DNA of 64,000 nucleotides from Antedon mediterranea (Eukaryota > Animalia > Echinodermata), in contig NC_092672.1 in the NCBI RefSeq assembly GCF_964355755.1, forward strand, positions 30,572,437 to 30,636,436, read 5' to 3'. The position numbers and the translations under genes were made by a program. Below are positions 1 to 12,781 of the stretch, piece by piece. Every line of letters starts with the position of its first letter. Position 1 is the stretch's first letter. The notes beneath the pieces are model-generated. The model was not told the origin of the DNA. It did not search any database and worked only from the letters and a program-made list of their open reading frames with translations.

Positions 1-544
1 TTAATCTGAAGTTTTCCCAGATATGGCGAGTATCATATCATCTTATTTAGATATCAATGCATTTAATTTTAATTAAAACTAGAGAGCAACAATTATTTTA
101 CTAGAGTAATATTTGCCTGAATTTGGGCTATTTTTGCACAGTAGAATAGACGTGCCTATGTTAAAGCATAGGCGCGCGCCTGACAAGGCTATAAACAGGC
201 TTAAATACAGTATATAGTACACTTAAATACTAGATTATGGTAAACCAGAGATACAATAACAGTTGATATTAGTTATTACTTAGGCATTATATTATTTTTA
301 TTTTATAATATCTGTATTAATATTTGTTATAGGGCAGTCTATAATAGCCAACCAGCAGTATTTATGAAAAACACTTTCATAATGAAAGACACGTGCTATT
401 GTAATAACTTATACTGTATTTAAGTCAGAAATTATATTTCTATTTTTATTATACAGTATTAATAAATATAATATATTATATAGGCCTACTAGACAATTAA
501 AAAAATTGCATTTAATATAATCATGACACTTTATTTATTTCAGA

Positions 545-3500
545 ATGGATGACCATCTTAAAATCCTGGATTCTCTTTGCAGAATATGTGGCCAGCGCTT
601 AAAATCATATAATGATTACAAAAGGGGTAATATTCCCAAGCGCAAAGAAGTTACAATGCACACAGATTTAATTGCACAGCTAGGCTTTGACCCAAATACA
701 GATGAAGCCGCAGTGCATCCTAGATATTTGTGTCATCTGTGTTACACTGCATTAAAATCTCCAAGATCAAACCCAAACCCAGTAGTGTGGAAGCCGCACA
801 CAAGATTAGGACCCTGCACCACATGTCAAAGGCATACAATCCAATCAAAGGGAGGAAGACCAAGAAAAAGGAAATGCGGTTTAGGTGCAGAAACGTATAA
901 CCAAAATAAAATCACCAAAAACAACATTGTCGACCACTTTTCTTCCATTATGTGTCAACAATTAATTAAAATACCAAGCAGTTTCAGTTTGGTTACAATT
1001 GGATCATTGGATGCATTTACATGTTGTTTTTGTCAAAGTGTGTGTATCAGTCCTGTTGCCTTACCATGCAATCATGTCTCATGTAAAGCATGTATCCAGT
1101 CATGTTTTGTTGATGTTGATAAAACTGTTTGTCCTAAATGCAATTTTGATGTTCATTTTTCGTCTGTCACTTCTGTACCAGCATTGTTCATTGAATGTTA
1201 TCTGTCATGTAAAGTTGTTTGTAAATCGTGTCGTTGTGTAATTCAGTGTAGAGAATGTAATGTCCATGTTTGTGTTCGTGACCATGATTATTACTGTGCA
1301 TCACCAAATCAAATGGATCCAATTGCCGAAATGTTGACAAGGCCCTTAGATGCACCATTAACACCAAATATGGAGAAAATAGGCAGACATATCATAAAAT
1401 CCAAGTTGAACCAATCAAAAGATGGAACTACAACATTTTATGATAATGGAAAGGTGAGAATTAAAATAATGTAACAGCAATACATTTATGAACATACATT
1501 TGAGAAAACCAATAAAGTTCATAATTAAGTCAATAAAATATAAATTGGTTACAATTTTTTTTTTTTAGTAATAATAAAAACAAAACATAATATATTAGTG
1601 AACATTAACGTTTATTAACACTTCAAATTCAAAAACAACAACAAACTTAAACAAAGGCTTCTTGTTTTAGATTCTTAAATCAGTTGCCATACCGGTATTT
1701 CGTAAACCGTCGTCATCTGTGTGCCATAAAACTCTTCAGAACAGAACTAAGTTTTTGACCAAGGTAAGAGATTTGGTCAGTGGTGGAGACGGCGTGGTAC
1801 AGCAAAAAAACGAAGTCCGGAGTATGCCATCTGAACTGCAAACTATTTTGGCTCAACCCATCAAGATGCCATTTGGTGATTTGTTATCCCTGAAAACAAA
1901 TCTGGGCCTCACCTGGAAGAGAAACAGGGAATTAAAACAGTAAGTATAATTATCCTAAAGTACACCTGATTTTGGATAAATCTTGTGAAATAACAATCTA
2001 TATTGAATTGAAATATATATTTATACTGGGTAACCTCTTCAGTCAATGACTGGTCTCCCAGAGGGCCCAGTTGGTGATCAGTGGCTGTGATGTACTAATA
2101 CACCGGGGTAACCCCCTACTCGTCTCGAAAGATGTACTAGGTTCTTTAAAGTGCACACGAGCTAGATGTGTACACTGGACCTACGGTTTATAGTCCTTAT
2201 CCGAGAAGACTCGTTCTACCACCAGAACCATGGAGTGAGTGAGCCTCGAACCCCTGCCGTTGTTATGGCTAGGTGTTCGAGGCTCACTCACTCCATGGTT
2301 CTGGTGGTAGAACGAGTCTTCTCGGATAAGGACTATAAACCGTAGGTCCAGTGTACACATATATTATATAATTTACACGCAAAGTAGAAACTCATATATA
2401 ATTATTTTTTCTGTTCAAGATGGTTAAAAAAATATGGCATTGCTGCTGAATGCGAGGGCAAAATGCGCATTCAAGTGAAAGAAATTGTGAACGACAACTT
2501 CACATCAGAATACCTTCCCCTTTTGGCAGCCGATGAATTAACAAAGGACATGGTTATACAGAAAGTTGCTTGTGTACAGGTTAAGAACCTGATACAAAAA
2601 ATTCATCAAAACCTAAGTGAGCTTGAGAGGTAAATATGGTTCACTATGACTATACTATTTTAACTCCCACCTTATTTTATGCTATTAATATTATTTTATA
2701 TTCTCTTTGATAGTCTTAACTTGCTGACATGGCATGGTGGCCTCATACCAAACGACGAGATATGGCTAAAGATTGGAGGAGACAAGGGAGGGGGTAACTT
2801 CAAACTGATGTACCAAATTTGTAATGTTGCCCATCCAAACTCCCTCAACAACACTATCAATCTGCTGGTTTTTGAAGGCACAGACAACCTTTTCAATTTG
2901 AAAACCAGCATGACCAATCTAATTCCACAAATCAATGAGCTCCACAAAGCATCATGGAAGTAAGTACAGTATTATTGAGACAGTACAATTTTCATAATAG
3001 CATATCATTTTCAACCATCATAGTAATATGTTTTTAATTTTGTATCTTTTCAGAGGAAAAAAATTCCGACTATTCGCCTTTGGCGATTACGAATACCTTA
3101 CCAGAATGTATGGTATAACAGGAGCTAATGGTAAGACATAATAGTATTCTTAAATGTTTATAATTAAAGTATTCCAGTATTTTAACCAATAACAATCAAA
3201 CAAAATACTTCTTTTAAGGCCGTCACTATTGCCTCTACTGTCACCATTGCAAATCATCACTCGGCGACCCTAGAAGTCTTGAGACATTGCGAAGGGACTT
3301 GGAAAGATTTCAAGATGATGGCAATAGACTGCACCGAGCAAAGTTTTTCAATAATGTTGTAGCAAACATTATATTGAATATCCCATTAAATCAAGTAAGT
3401 AGGTTAATGTAATAATGGCATCATGCAAATATAATATTACATCGGTAAATATTTAAAATTGTATTCTTAACTCAATTAATTACTTTTAGGTGTGTCCCCC

Positions 3501-4886
3501 TGGCCTCCATATCAGTCTTGGACTGTACTTAAAGCACTTCAAAAGTTTTGAAGATGCTTGCCAGGTACTTGATAATGAAATGGGGTTTCACCTGGCCAAT
3601 TACCAAATGACTGAGGAAACGAACCAACATCGCCAGCAATTTAACTTTTATGTAAGTCAGCTCCAGAAAGCAAGATTACATGAAACAGAGGCTGATGCGA
3701 TACAGACAGCTGTTGCATCTCTGGAGGATTACCTGTCTGTTTTTTTAATTTTAAATGAAGACATAAATAACCTACAAGAGATCATCAAAGAAATTGAAGA
3801 CAAAAAGGGTCAACAACAATATCATGTAAGTGCCTTTAAATAATTTAAATTTTTTAGGTGCAATACCTGGAAAAAATGTTTAAATGAGTCATATCTCATT
3901 AATGTAACTATTATTTTATTTATAGACTAATGAAGCAATGAAATTTAGAAATGTCAAACTTGACAAAGGCTTTGGGCCCATATGTGGAAAGATCGATTCT
4001 ACACTGAAGTCCTTCGGAGTACAGCGGCAAGCCTATCATGGCCAATCATTTGTTGGAAATCATGTCCACAAATGTTGTAAAGTAGGTAGACTTGGGTTAT
4101 TTATTTACCTTGAATTTACGTTGAACTTCGGACGTTAATAACTAGCTCATTTGTCCCTCCATCGTCATAACTGCAAACTCTTCAGTAACGTACAGGCGAA
4201 ACTTATTTAATAAGAACATTGTGCCACTGTTGTAAAAATGATTAAATATAACAAGATTAATATAGTTAGACAAATTTTACAGTGCTTATTAATGATTTAT
4301 GAATACTACATTAAAATTTAGACTGAAAACATAAACAAATTAACGGACATGCTGCTCCAAGAAACCCAACTTCATTGCCCTGCCTTGATGCCATCTGCCA
4401 ATATTGTGGCAAAGAAATACAACTTGCTGTTTAAAAAGTTTGCAGAATGTCACAATATGTATAATATTGCTGCTCCTTTTGATAAGGAGATGCTAAAGAA
4501 ATTAGGTTAGTAGTTAGTATTCATTATAAACAGTATTGTGTATTTTATTTAAACTGCATTTATCTTATTTTTTACCTTTTTTTTATCCAACAGAAATGAA
4601 CATTTCTAGTTACTTGAGTTTCTTCAGGGAAAACTTTGAAGAAACTGAGCCTCCAAAGATGCATCTCCTGGAGCACCATGTGTGCAGTTGGATCGCCGAA
4701 TGGGGCCTCGGCTTAGGATTCCATGGTGAGCAAGGAGGCGAATCCATGCATGCCCAACTCAACACCATCATGCGCGACATAAGAGGCACAACAGATCGTG
4801 TGCAGATTCTACAATCGGCCATGAAGAGTCACTGGGTTAAAACAAGTCCCAGGATGCTGGCAGCCCGACCTGAAAAAAAAAAGTAA
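545..4886 (+). CDS. Chapaev-type (N-RAG-TP-like) DDE transposase with RAG1-like N-terminal zinc-binding region; 10 coding exons, 951 aa, no stops or frameshifts
   Basis: Hand-spliced GT-AG exons with consistent phases: 545-1453, 1671-1939, 2420-2629, 2714-2959, 3054-3130, 3219-3394, 3490-3825, 3926-4081, 4322-4505, 4594-4886 (2856 nt). Chapa finger H-x7-CRICG-x36-D-x4-H-x4-CxxC..W..CxxC-x8-G; C3HC4 RING (CCFC..CNHVSCKAC..CPKC); core motifs IWLKIGGDKGGG, FAFGDYEYL, GRHYCLYC, VCPPGLHISLG, RQAYHGQSFVGNHVHK, PKMHLLEHH, GEQGGESMH. Confidence 0.88.
2020..2274 (-). mobile_element. tRNA-derived SINE with Deu/Nin central domain, in transposase intron 2
   Basis: Minus strand reads ggggttcgagg (B-box-like) ... 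cggataaggactataaaccgtaggtcc ... ttaaagaacc ... gagtagggggttaccccggtgt, resembling the conserved DeuSINE/AmnSINE core. Confidence 0.7.
2166..2360. repeat. Perfect 86-bp inverted repeat with 23-nt loop
   Basis: 2166-2251 is the exact reverse complement of 2275-2360. Confidence 0.95.
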
Positions 4887-4986
4887 AAAAAAAAAAAAGT
4901 CAACTCAAGTGGAGTAGATGCTGGCAGTCGGGTATTAAAAAAAAAAAAGGCAACTCAAGTAGATGCTGTCAGCCCAGGCTGGAGAG

Positions 4987-5017
<31 letters not shown>

Positions 5018-6805
5018 TGTGTGGAGTAGATGCTGCCAGGCCAGCCTGCAAAAAAACCTCAAACCAAACGGTTCTTTTCAGAACCACCCAATGACAAAAG
5101 AGATTTGATATAGCATATTTGACACATTTTCATATTTCACTATTGTTGTTTCTTTTCTAATCAGTACATTCTCAACTGAATTTATAAATTTATTTCCATT
5201 TTTTAATAAGTATTCTACATTTTGGTGGTTGTGAAGAAAGAGAATAAAGGTAAGTTCAATAGGCATTGCACAACGCTACAGTATAAAAACAGGCTATGAA
5301 ATCAATTACTGCAATGGACCAAATGCGGGACCAAATGTCATATTTTTGAAGAAAATAATTTTCTACACAGCATATATACCTGTTATACAGTATTATGTTT
5401 CAGGAATTTATTCATACTCACTTCAGCATTTCTTCAGGTGAAAGTAGCATGTGCTGTCGTGATGATGTCATGATGATGTCATGATGAGGCTGTCAATCAA
5501 TTGATCCATTTTATACTTATAGCGCCGTTCCAACAATCCAACATCATTGTAAACTTCTCTATGCAGGATCCTTGCCATTATTTATGCTATGAAACTATAT
5601 TTATAAAGGATGAGTAAATAAATGTGAATTGAATTACTCAGTCATATTATATAGCCTATAGCAATGTAAAAAAAGAAAACTCGCGCGATCTCTGTTTTCC
5701 CCCTCCAACTCAATCCAAAAAGCCTATTAAGTAATTTATTGGCACTGCACTTTTTTTTTATTAGTGGCACCCTTCAACTTGGCTCCTTTAAACAATTAAA
5801 AAAATGTTATTTAATTTGTTACAGAACTACTGTACCATTACATTAAATGAAACTTGTTTTTGAGGAAAATAATTTTTTTTTAAATTTTTTTACCTCTTTC
5901 TATAATGGAATAACCCAAACCTAGGGTTACTATACAATATGCGGATGATACTATTATTGAACACGGGGATGTTAGAATAACGATTATAAGGCGCTAAAAT
6001 AAGGTGATAACAATTGTAATAATACTTGCTATAAAACCACTATTATTTAATTCTAAGGCATTGTACAAGATTAGTCCAAGCTTGTAAATAATCCAATTGC
6101 GACAAATGACCAAAATCTGTTCAATTCATATATAAATCGGACCACATGTTTTCACAGAACACAACTTTTGCCTCAGTGGAATCCAAAATGACCCACGTGG
6201 TATCTACTCTAACTAGCCTATATATATATAAATGATTAAAATGACATAATATGATGCAAAACATTACCTGAAAATACATTATAAATACTTCAGTGTATTT
6301 ATTTGATCGCCATCATACTCAAAACCCCTGATTTTGTTTGTGAAAAATATTGAAATGTCTTCGTTTTCATTGCCTCACCATGCCGCCCAGTCAATTGTTG
6401 CTCGAAAACGTTGTAAACCCGTCACAAGTTAAATCACTCATGAATATGTATGAGAATGTCTGACCTCACAAAAAACTTCTAATTTTTTTTTACAGAAGTT
6501 TAAAAATTACACATTTTTGGGTAAAATTTAAGTATAATTTATAGTGTAAGGTAAGGTGCATTATAGATAAATTGTTTGTTTATATTTTATTTCTGTTTTT
6601 AAGTATTTTGATTAGTAATGTATTAAGCAAAATAAATAAATTGTTTTAAGGTCAAATCTTTAAAGAAAGGTTATGAAAAATGCAAGGTCATTTGTTGATC
6701 TAAATGTAATCGACCATTACGGAAAATAAACAACTGCGCGTGGTTTTTAAACGGCGCGTTAACGCGCATGCGTCAAATCGTGAAATTCTCTGGAAAACAT
6801 ACGTG

Positions 6806-8141
6806 GCTGGCGAGTGACAAAGACATATTACGACCCTTTTATTTAAATTTATTTGGATAGACCTCCATGTAAATTCATTAAAGGCTATATGATTGTTTTA
6901 TATTTTAATATGTGATAGTAGATAATCATTGTGCATAATGAAGACTATGAATCTAATATTTACTTGCATTCTCATCTTTTTAAAATTGTATTTATAATGC
7001 CGGTAATGAGTTTACTATTGAAAAAGTCATGTTTCCACTTATCTCAAATTGTGGCACACCTCTAACCTTGCTAGAACTGACTGTGTTCTACATGAGTACA
7101 TTTATTCTGCCATAATGGTAGTGTTTCCACCATACTTCAACCTGGTAATTGAATAAATTTCATCGGGGTAAAATTTAAACTAATTATCACCTTTTAACAT
7201 AAAGTATCCTGAAAAATGTTTGTACTGTACTTCATCTAATATCCATTACTTAATACTAATTTGGGTGATTTATGTCTAACTTCAGGAATGATCTGAGGCT
7301 AGAAGAATGAATTTCTGTACATATAATTTATATAAAAAATAAACCAATGTTTTCCTAATAACTTAACCCCTAGGTTGATAACTAACAAAGAAATTATTGA
7401 AATTGTGTTCTTACAATATATGTGTACTGTATCTACATATGCATACTGCGTTCAAAAGAAGAATGTTTTATAGTTATTATAGGTTATTTCCAAATATTAA
7501 AGGTCTGATATCTAACATAAACTAAATGTTATCAAACTATGTTTTTGAAAATCTTTATGATATAATAATTATAATAATATGAACATAATATTAAATTATA
7601 TTGACTATTTTTGATAATCATCATGTCCTTATAAATTCATTTATATTTATTTTGTGGTAATATAGTTTATATATTATGTATTAAATAAATTGGTAAGGCC
7701 CTATACTGTTTATATTTAAGGAAAGTTTATATACACTTTTATTTTATGCCTACCAATATTAGTATTAATTGTTTATGTAACTATTAATTTTGTCTAATTG
7801 CATTGGATTTTTGTATAGGCCAATGGCATTAATGTTTTTCTCAAAGCAAATTAGCCTAATAATGCCATATTTAGACACATAATTCATTGATTTCTGATAT
7901 TCTGTACTTGTGTATGCATTACTAAAATAGTAGTTATTTTATTACTTTTATAATGTATAAACATTTATTCATTTTTTTTTTACATTTTTTAATTTAAAAA
8001 TTATTAAAATACCTATCTACCTTTCTGTTATTGTTACTATTATAATATTTTTTTAGGCAGATTGATTTCAATAAAAAAAAATTAAAACAATTAATTTGAC
8101 TTATACTGTACTATGTTAGTTCAGGAGATGAAGTGTGTGTG
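6806..8141 (+). repeat. 1.3-kb direct repeat, copy 1 (copy 2 at 12782-14107)
   Basis: Near-identical at offset 5976 from gctggcgagtgacaaag onward; only a few substitutions and a 10-bp indel near the right end. Confidence 0.95.
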
Positions 8142-8450
8142 TTAAATTTTATTTAATTGTGATTCATGGTTGTGAAGATATGATTACAAACGTGATTTCG
8201 TTGAATCGTGCGTAGACCGCGTACTTTTTTATTGCGCACCGTGAAAACATAACCACATTGATTCCTGGCCATAAGGAATATACTGTGAAAAATTGACCTA
8301 GCTAGATTAAACTGATATAAAGATAAGGTCAGAAAGTGATAAAACGCATAGTGATACCGGACCGACAGACAGACAGACAGACCGACAGACAGACAGACAG
8401 ACCGACCGACCGACATAGTGAACTATAGAGTCGCTTCCACGCGACTAAAA
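8142..8450. mobile_element. Possible DINE-1/HINE-like (Helentron-associated) non-autonomous fragment
   Basis: (GACA/GACC)n microsatellite at about 8355-8415, followed by a short hairpin agtcgc-ttccac-gcgact and an A-tract. Confidence 0.45.
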
Positions 8451-9694
8451 AGCTTAAAAAATCGTCAAAATTTTGTCTTTTTTTAAACAGTCATAGTTTC
8501 TAAAGTAAACCGTGAACCGTTTATTTTTATTACAAAATCTAGAAGTTGATGAGTTGTAGATAACGGATCATGCATCGATAAAGCTAAAAAAACATTGCGA
8601 CGTCATCGTATGGCCACACGAATGTAAAATATAGGATTTTTGTCTCTTTCGTTATTGCTCATCACATTCAATGGAGCGCATCACGCTTATCTGTATTCCT
8701 TTTTCTCCTACATTTATATATTGTGTAGGTCAATCAACTTTCTTTAGCATGAGATAAAAATATTTTAATTTTTATGACGTCATCATGCTTAAAAATTTCA
8801 ATTACGTGGGTCATTAATTTCATCTTTACAGTAAATTTTATTCTGTAATAGCTCGTAAGAATAAAATGTGATAATCACGATTAAAACGTTTTCTGGAAGC
8901 TATTGGATTTTAGATACGAATTCATGTAAACATTTTGCCAATCGGATGTTGTGACGTCATCATATGGCCAGTTGAATAAAAAAAGTTCTATTTTCATATT
9001 TTGCGTAATAGTTCATCACATTTAAAAGGGTGCGCATCTATATTTTACGTATTCAAATTTCTTCTACACGTTAATGTGTTGTTCCTAAGATAATTTCCTT
9101 CTGAAATTGCTATCTAAGTGTTTCATTTTGATACCGTTGCCATGTTAAAAATTGGAATAAATGGCGGGTCCCGTAATTTCACCTATTCTACACTGTATGT
9201 AATATGTATACAGATTATACTGTAGTGTTTGCATGTATATACTATATGACACAAAATTGACAGAATTCAGCACTAACAGCATATCATATTCTTCAGTTCT
9301 TGTCATAATGCCATAATCTTTATCTGTGTGCAATATTCCAACGTATGACGTGCACGTGGCGTTTGTCGTGGTGCGGATAACTAACTCGTCAAAGTGACGA
9401 GTTTCATGTCTAGTTACTCTTGGGATATACGAAAATACCATTGAGCCATTTTCCCACCAGACAGTAGGCCTAACCCAACCATTTTACTATAACACATTAA
9501 AGCGCGTGAAGGGACAACAAATTCCACTTTATACAAAACGAAAACACTGCAACAGCAACTTCAATCTCTAAGTTGGCCCAGGCAGTAGCTCATATTTTAT
9601 CATGTGAATGGCTAACATGGCTAATTCTTTTTTATTTTAACTGTACACATTCGGATACACTCATGACAGCTACTACTTTATCCTGTTAGCTTCT

Positions 9695-11607
9695 GAGTGT
9701 TGACAAAGTGCGAGGCAGCGAGGCACGCGAGGCATGCCAAATATTTGTGCGAGGCATCATTTTATCATTTCCAAAAGTGCGAGGCATGCGAGGGGTGTCA
9801 CGAAAGCTCAGACCACGAAAGCGAAGACCCCCTAAGACCTAAGATCACGAAAGCTAAGACCCAAGACCTAAGATTACAAATATTTATCTTTCGCACCTGC
9901 CTTGTATTTTAACTCCCAACATTTATTCTGAATACCACACCTTAGAATTGGCACTTTCATGAAAAAGAATCACATAAAAAGTAACAAATACATTTTTAAA
10001 TTGATGATTTTACAGACGTTTTTCTCGCACACAAAATGACTAGCCTACAGTACAGTAGGCCTACCCCATGGGCCATGTTCAATGTTTTTGTTTCTATGGA
10101 ACGTCAAAAGAGCAAAAATTATATAGAGGGCTGAAAACTCTGTGGAGTCCATCTAGAGTGTGGATGGAACAATGTAAAATTAAAATTGTAATGATAATAG
10201 TATAATCATGCAAGTACGAAGAAATAAATACTGGCAAATAAATTTTAATTTAAAAATCATGATAAATTTTTTTGTTTCGTTTTCTTTCTGTTTTTATACT
10301 TGTACTATTATTGTTGCTCTTTTGGCGCTCCATAGAAACAAAAACATTGAGCATGGGGGGAGCTCGAGGAGTTACATTGTCATTACAGTAATCAGTATAC
10401 AGTACAAAGAAACACATCTGTAAAATCATCAATTTAAAGGATTTATTTATTTGTTATTATGTGTTTCTCCTTCTGAAAGTACTTATAAGTCCTAATTTTA
10501 AAGTGTGGTGTTCAGGATAAAGTTAGTCAACAAATTTGGAGTCAAAATACAAGAAAGGCAGGTGCGTAAGAAAAACATCCTCTAAACCAACACAATGGAG
10601 TAAATATATACCAACAAACAACCCGTCAAGTTTGTTGTAAAGAAAAAATATACATTTACTCAACGGGCGAAAATAATGTGAGTTTATCTATGTTTTGCGG
10701 TAGTATTAAATTATATTTATGGTAATAAATGAAACCTACTGTGTTTAAAATTATGTATGGATAAACAAGTATTGTTTTTAAGCTGTAGTATATCTTAGTA
10801 TTTGTAATCTTAGGTGTTGGGTCTTTGCTTTCGTGATCTTAGGTCTTAGGGGGTCTGAGCTTTCGTGGTCTGAGCTTTCGTGACACCCTTTTATTTCAAT
10901 ATATTTGTTAATTTGTCAATAAAAATGCTGTAATATGTTACTGCTGATACTGTTCTATTTTCAAAGAATAATAATCGATCCTAAATCAACATCACTACCT
11001 AGTCTAGACATAGGACATCCTACTAAGGATATTATGATGAATTTTTCTATTTTATTCTTTAAAAGGTTACCGAAACCGTGTACATTATCAACAGTACACC
11101 GGTGAACAGTAACATTTTTCCTTACTGACAGTGACAAAATCTATTGAAATTGTACTTGATTTTCACCAAATAATGCGTTAAATATAAATGGATTCCACAG
11201 AGTTTTTAGCCCTCTAATTAATTTTGCTCTTTTGGCGTTCCATAGAAACCAAAATATTGAACATTGAGTGTGCGAAATGCGAGAAAAACAACGTCTGTAA
11301 AATCACCAATTTAATGGATTTATTGTTACTTTTATGTGATTTTTCTTCATTAAAGTAGGCCTACTAATTCTGCTGTGGTATTCAGGATAAAGTTGGTTAA
11401 AATACAAGGCAGGTGCAAAAGGAAACTGGCCTAGCGGGCCTAGGCCTAGGCTACTTCAATTTCGGTGATTTCCTGCCTTGCAATTTTGAGAAATGATAAA
11501 ATGATGCCTCGCATTTTTTGATGATGGTAAAACGATGCCTCGCATAAATTTCTGACTTGCCTCGCATGCCTTCCCTGCCTCGCGTGCCTCGCACTTTGTT
11601 ACTACCC
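9695..11607. mobile_element. Non-autonomous MULE-like TIR element, rearranged copy (paralog of 46280-48314)
   Basis: Same termini (gagtgttgacaaagtgcgaggc ... gcctcgcactttgttactaccc) with gcgaggca subterminal repeats; 10889-11607 nearly identical to about 47588-48314; no TSD here. Confidence 0.7.
9793..10888. mobile_element. Non-autonomous TIR element (about 95-bp TIRs beginning gggtgtcacgaaagc), superfamily unassigned
   Basis: 9793-9885 is reverse-complementary to about 10797-10888; an internal inverted pair lies at about 9890-10110 and 10310-10570. Confidence 0.75.
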
Positions 11608-12781
11608 CTATACCCAGACCGGTTACAATAATGGTCTATTCATTCTGTTTATACTGTAGCTTTATTGATAGCTGGGTTGGGGCGGCTTTTTCTCATTCTA
11701 AAACAGATTTCCTTATCATAATAAAATAATATATGAATTTAAATGTAGTATTGTATACATAATATTAGTAATTGCCATTGCATTATTATATATTATACGG
11801 TTACCCCTTAATTATACTATAGTATAATTTTCTTGTTATATTTTACAATATTTTCTTCATAGTTCAACAATTTTTTCTTTCACAGGAGAAATTATCATAC
11901 TGAATCATCACACACCAAGTCTCATAAATCTCTACTGTATTTCTCCAAGGTACTCCAGCTACATGGTATTGCCTTGAGGCTAAACTACAGTAAACGATAT
12001 ACTGGCACTACCATCATTCCTGGCCCGTCAACCTGGGCCACATTACAGTATGGTCCAACACATAAGTACAGTAGTCGTACTACTGATTCAAAATAGTGAA
12101 TTACACCCTGTGGTCAAGGCTTTATTTGCTCTTATGCTTATTTCCTCCAAATACAGAGTACGTAGGGCTTTCAATTTGCTTTTATACCTGTTAATTTAAA
12201 AATCGTTTATGCCTATTGTTGCATAAAGTATCAAATTTAGACTGTAAATACTGGGATGATCACCCTAAATTTTCTTTTTCAATTAACAATTTTATATTTC
12301 ACAGCTGAAAAATGCACTAAAGCATCATATAGAGATTTTTTATTCATAACTGTTAAATTGCATCCCAATACATGGTACCTATATAAAAATACAAAGGCGG
12401 CCAACACAGATAGTTTGATATATACAGTACTCTCTTATAAATAGATGTATCTCTCCAAACTACTCCAACTACCTAATTAGCATACTACTGTACACTTTGT
12501 AGACAAGAAATAAATTGTATCCACCTAGAGGACTTATGGTAGTACAGTCGATCGTCCTGTCACTGGCCCGGTCAACATAATCTACGCCTAGATTATTACA
12601 GTAATTAAAGTACATTATTACAGAGATTTTTTTTTTTTTTTGCAGAAATCAAAGTTATGTGTATAGAAAGCAGTACTCGTATTAAAAACTAAGCAGGTTA
12701 TATTCTTGTACGCAAACTGGCAGGATATTTTGAATATTTTTTGTTGTTGAAATGATGGAATCCTAACTTCATTTTCCATGA

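Larger units (their letters stand above)
1..6805 (+). mobile_element. Chapaev DNA transposon (left end probably upstream of the window; right end at 6805)
   Basis: Contains the transposase. The sequence ...ctggaaaacatacGTG ends at 6805, matching the 5'-CAC...GTG-3' termini of Chapaev, exactly where identity to the 12782 paralog begins. No matching left TIR was seen in 1-544. Confidence 0.6.

Noticed and set aside
137-180. cacagtag.. plus the gcctatg/cataggc hairpin as left TIR or RSS
   Set aside because: Does not match the reverse complement of the 6805 end, and no TSD is evident.
545-4886. Bona fide RAG1/RAG1L (ProtoRAG) call
   Set aside because: Core motifs (KIGGDKGGG, PKMHLLEHH, GEQGGESMH) are Chapaev-type, not RAG1-type (ESCDGMGD, YFHKTLAH, SEGNESGNK); clear similarity is mainly N-terminal.
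4900-6805. Convergent RAG2-like gene, including ORF 5078-5266 (-)
   Set aside because: No kelch-like or PHD motifs and too little coding space; the short ORF looks like AT-rich noise.
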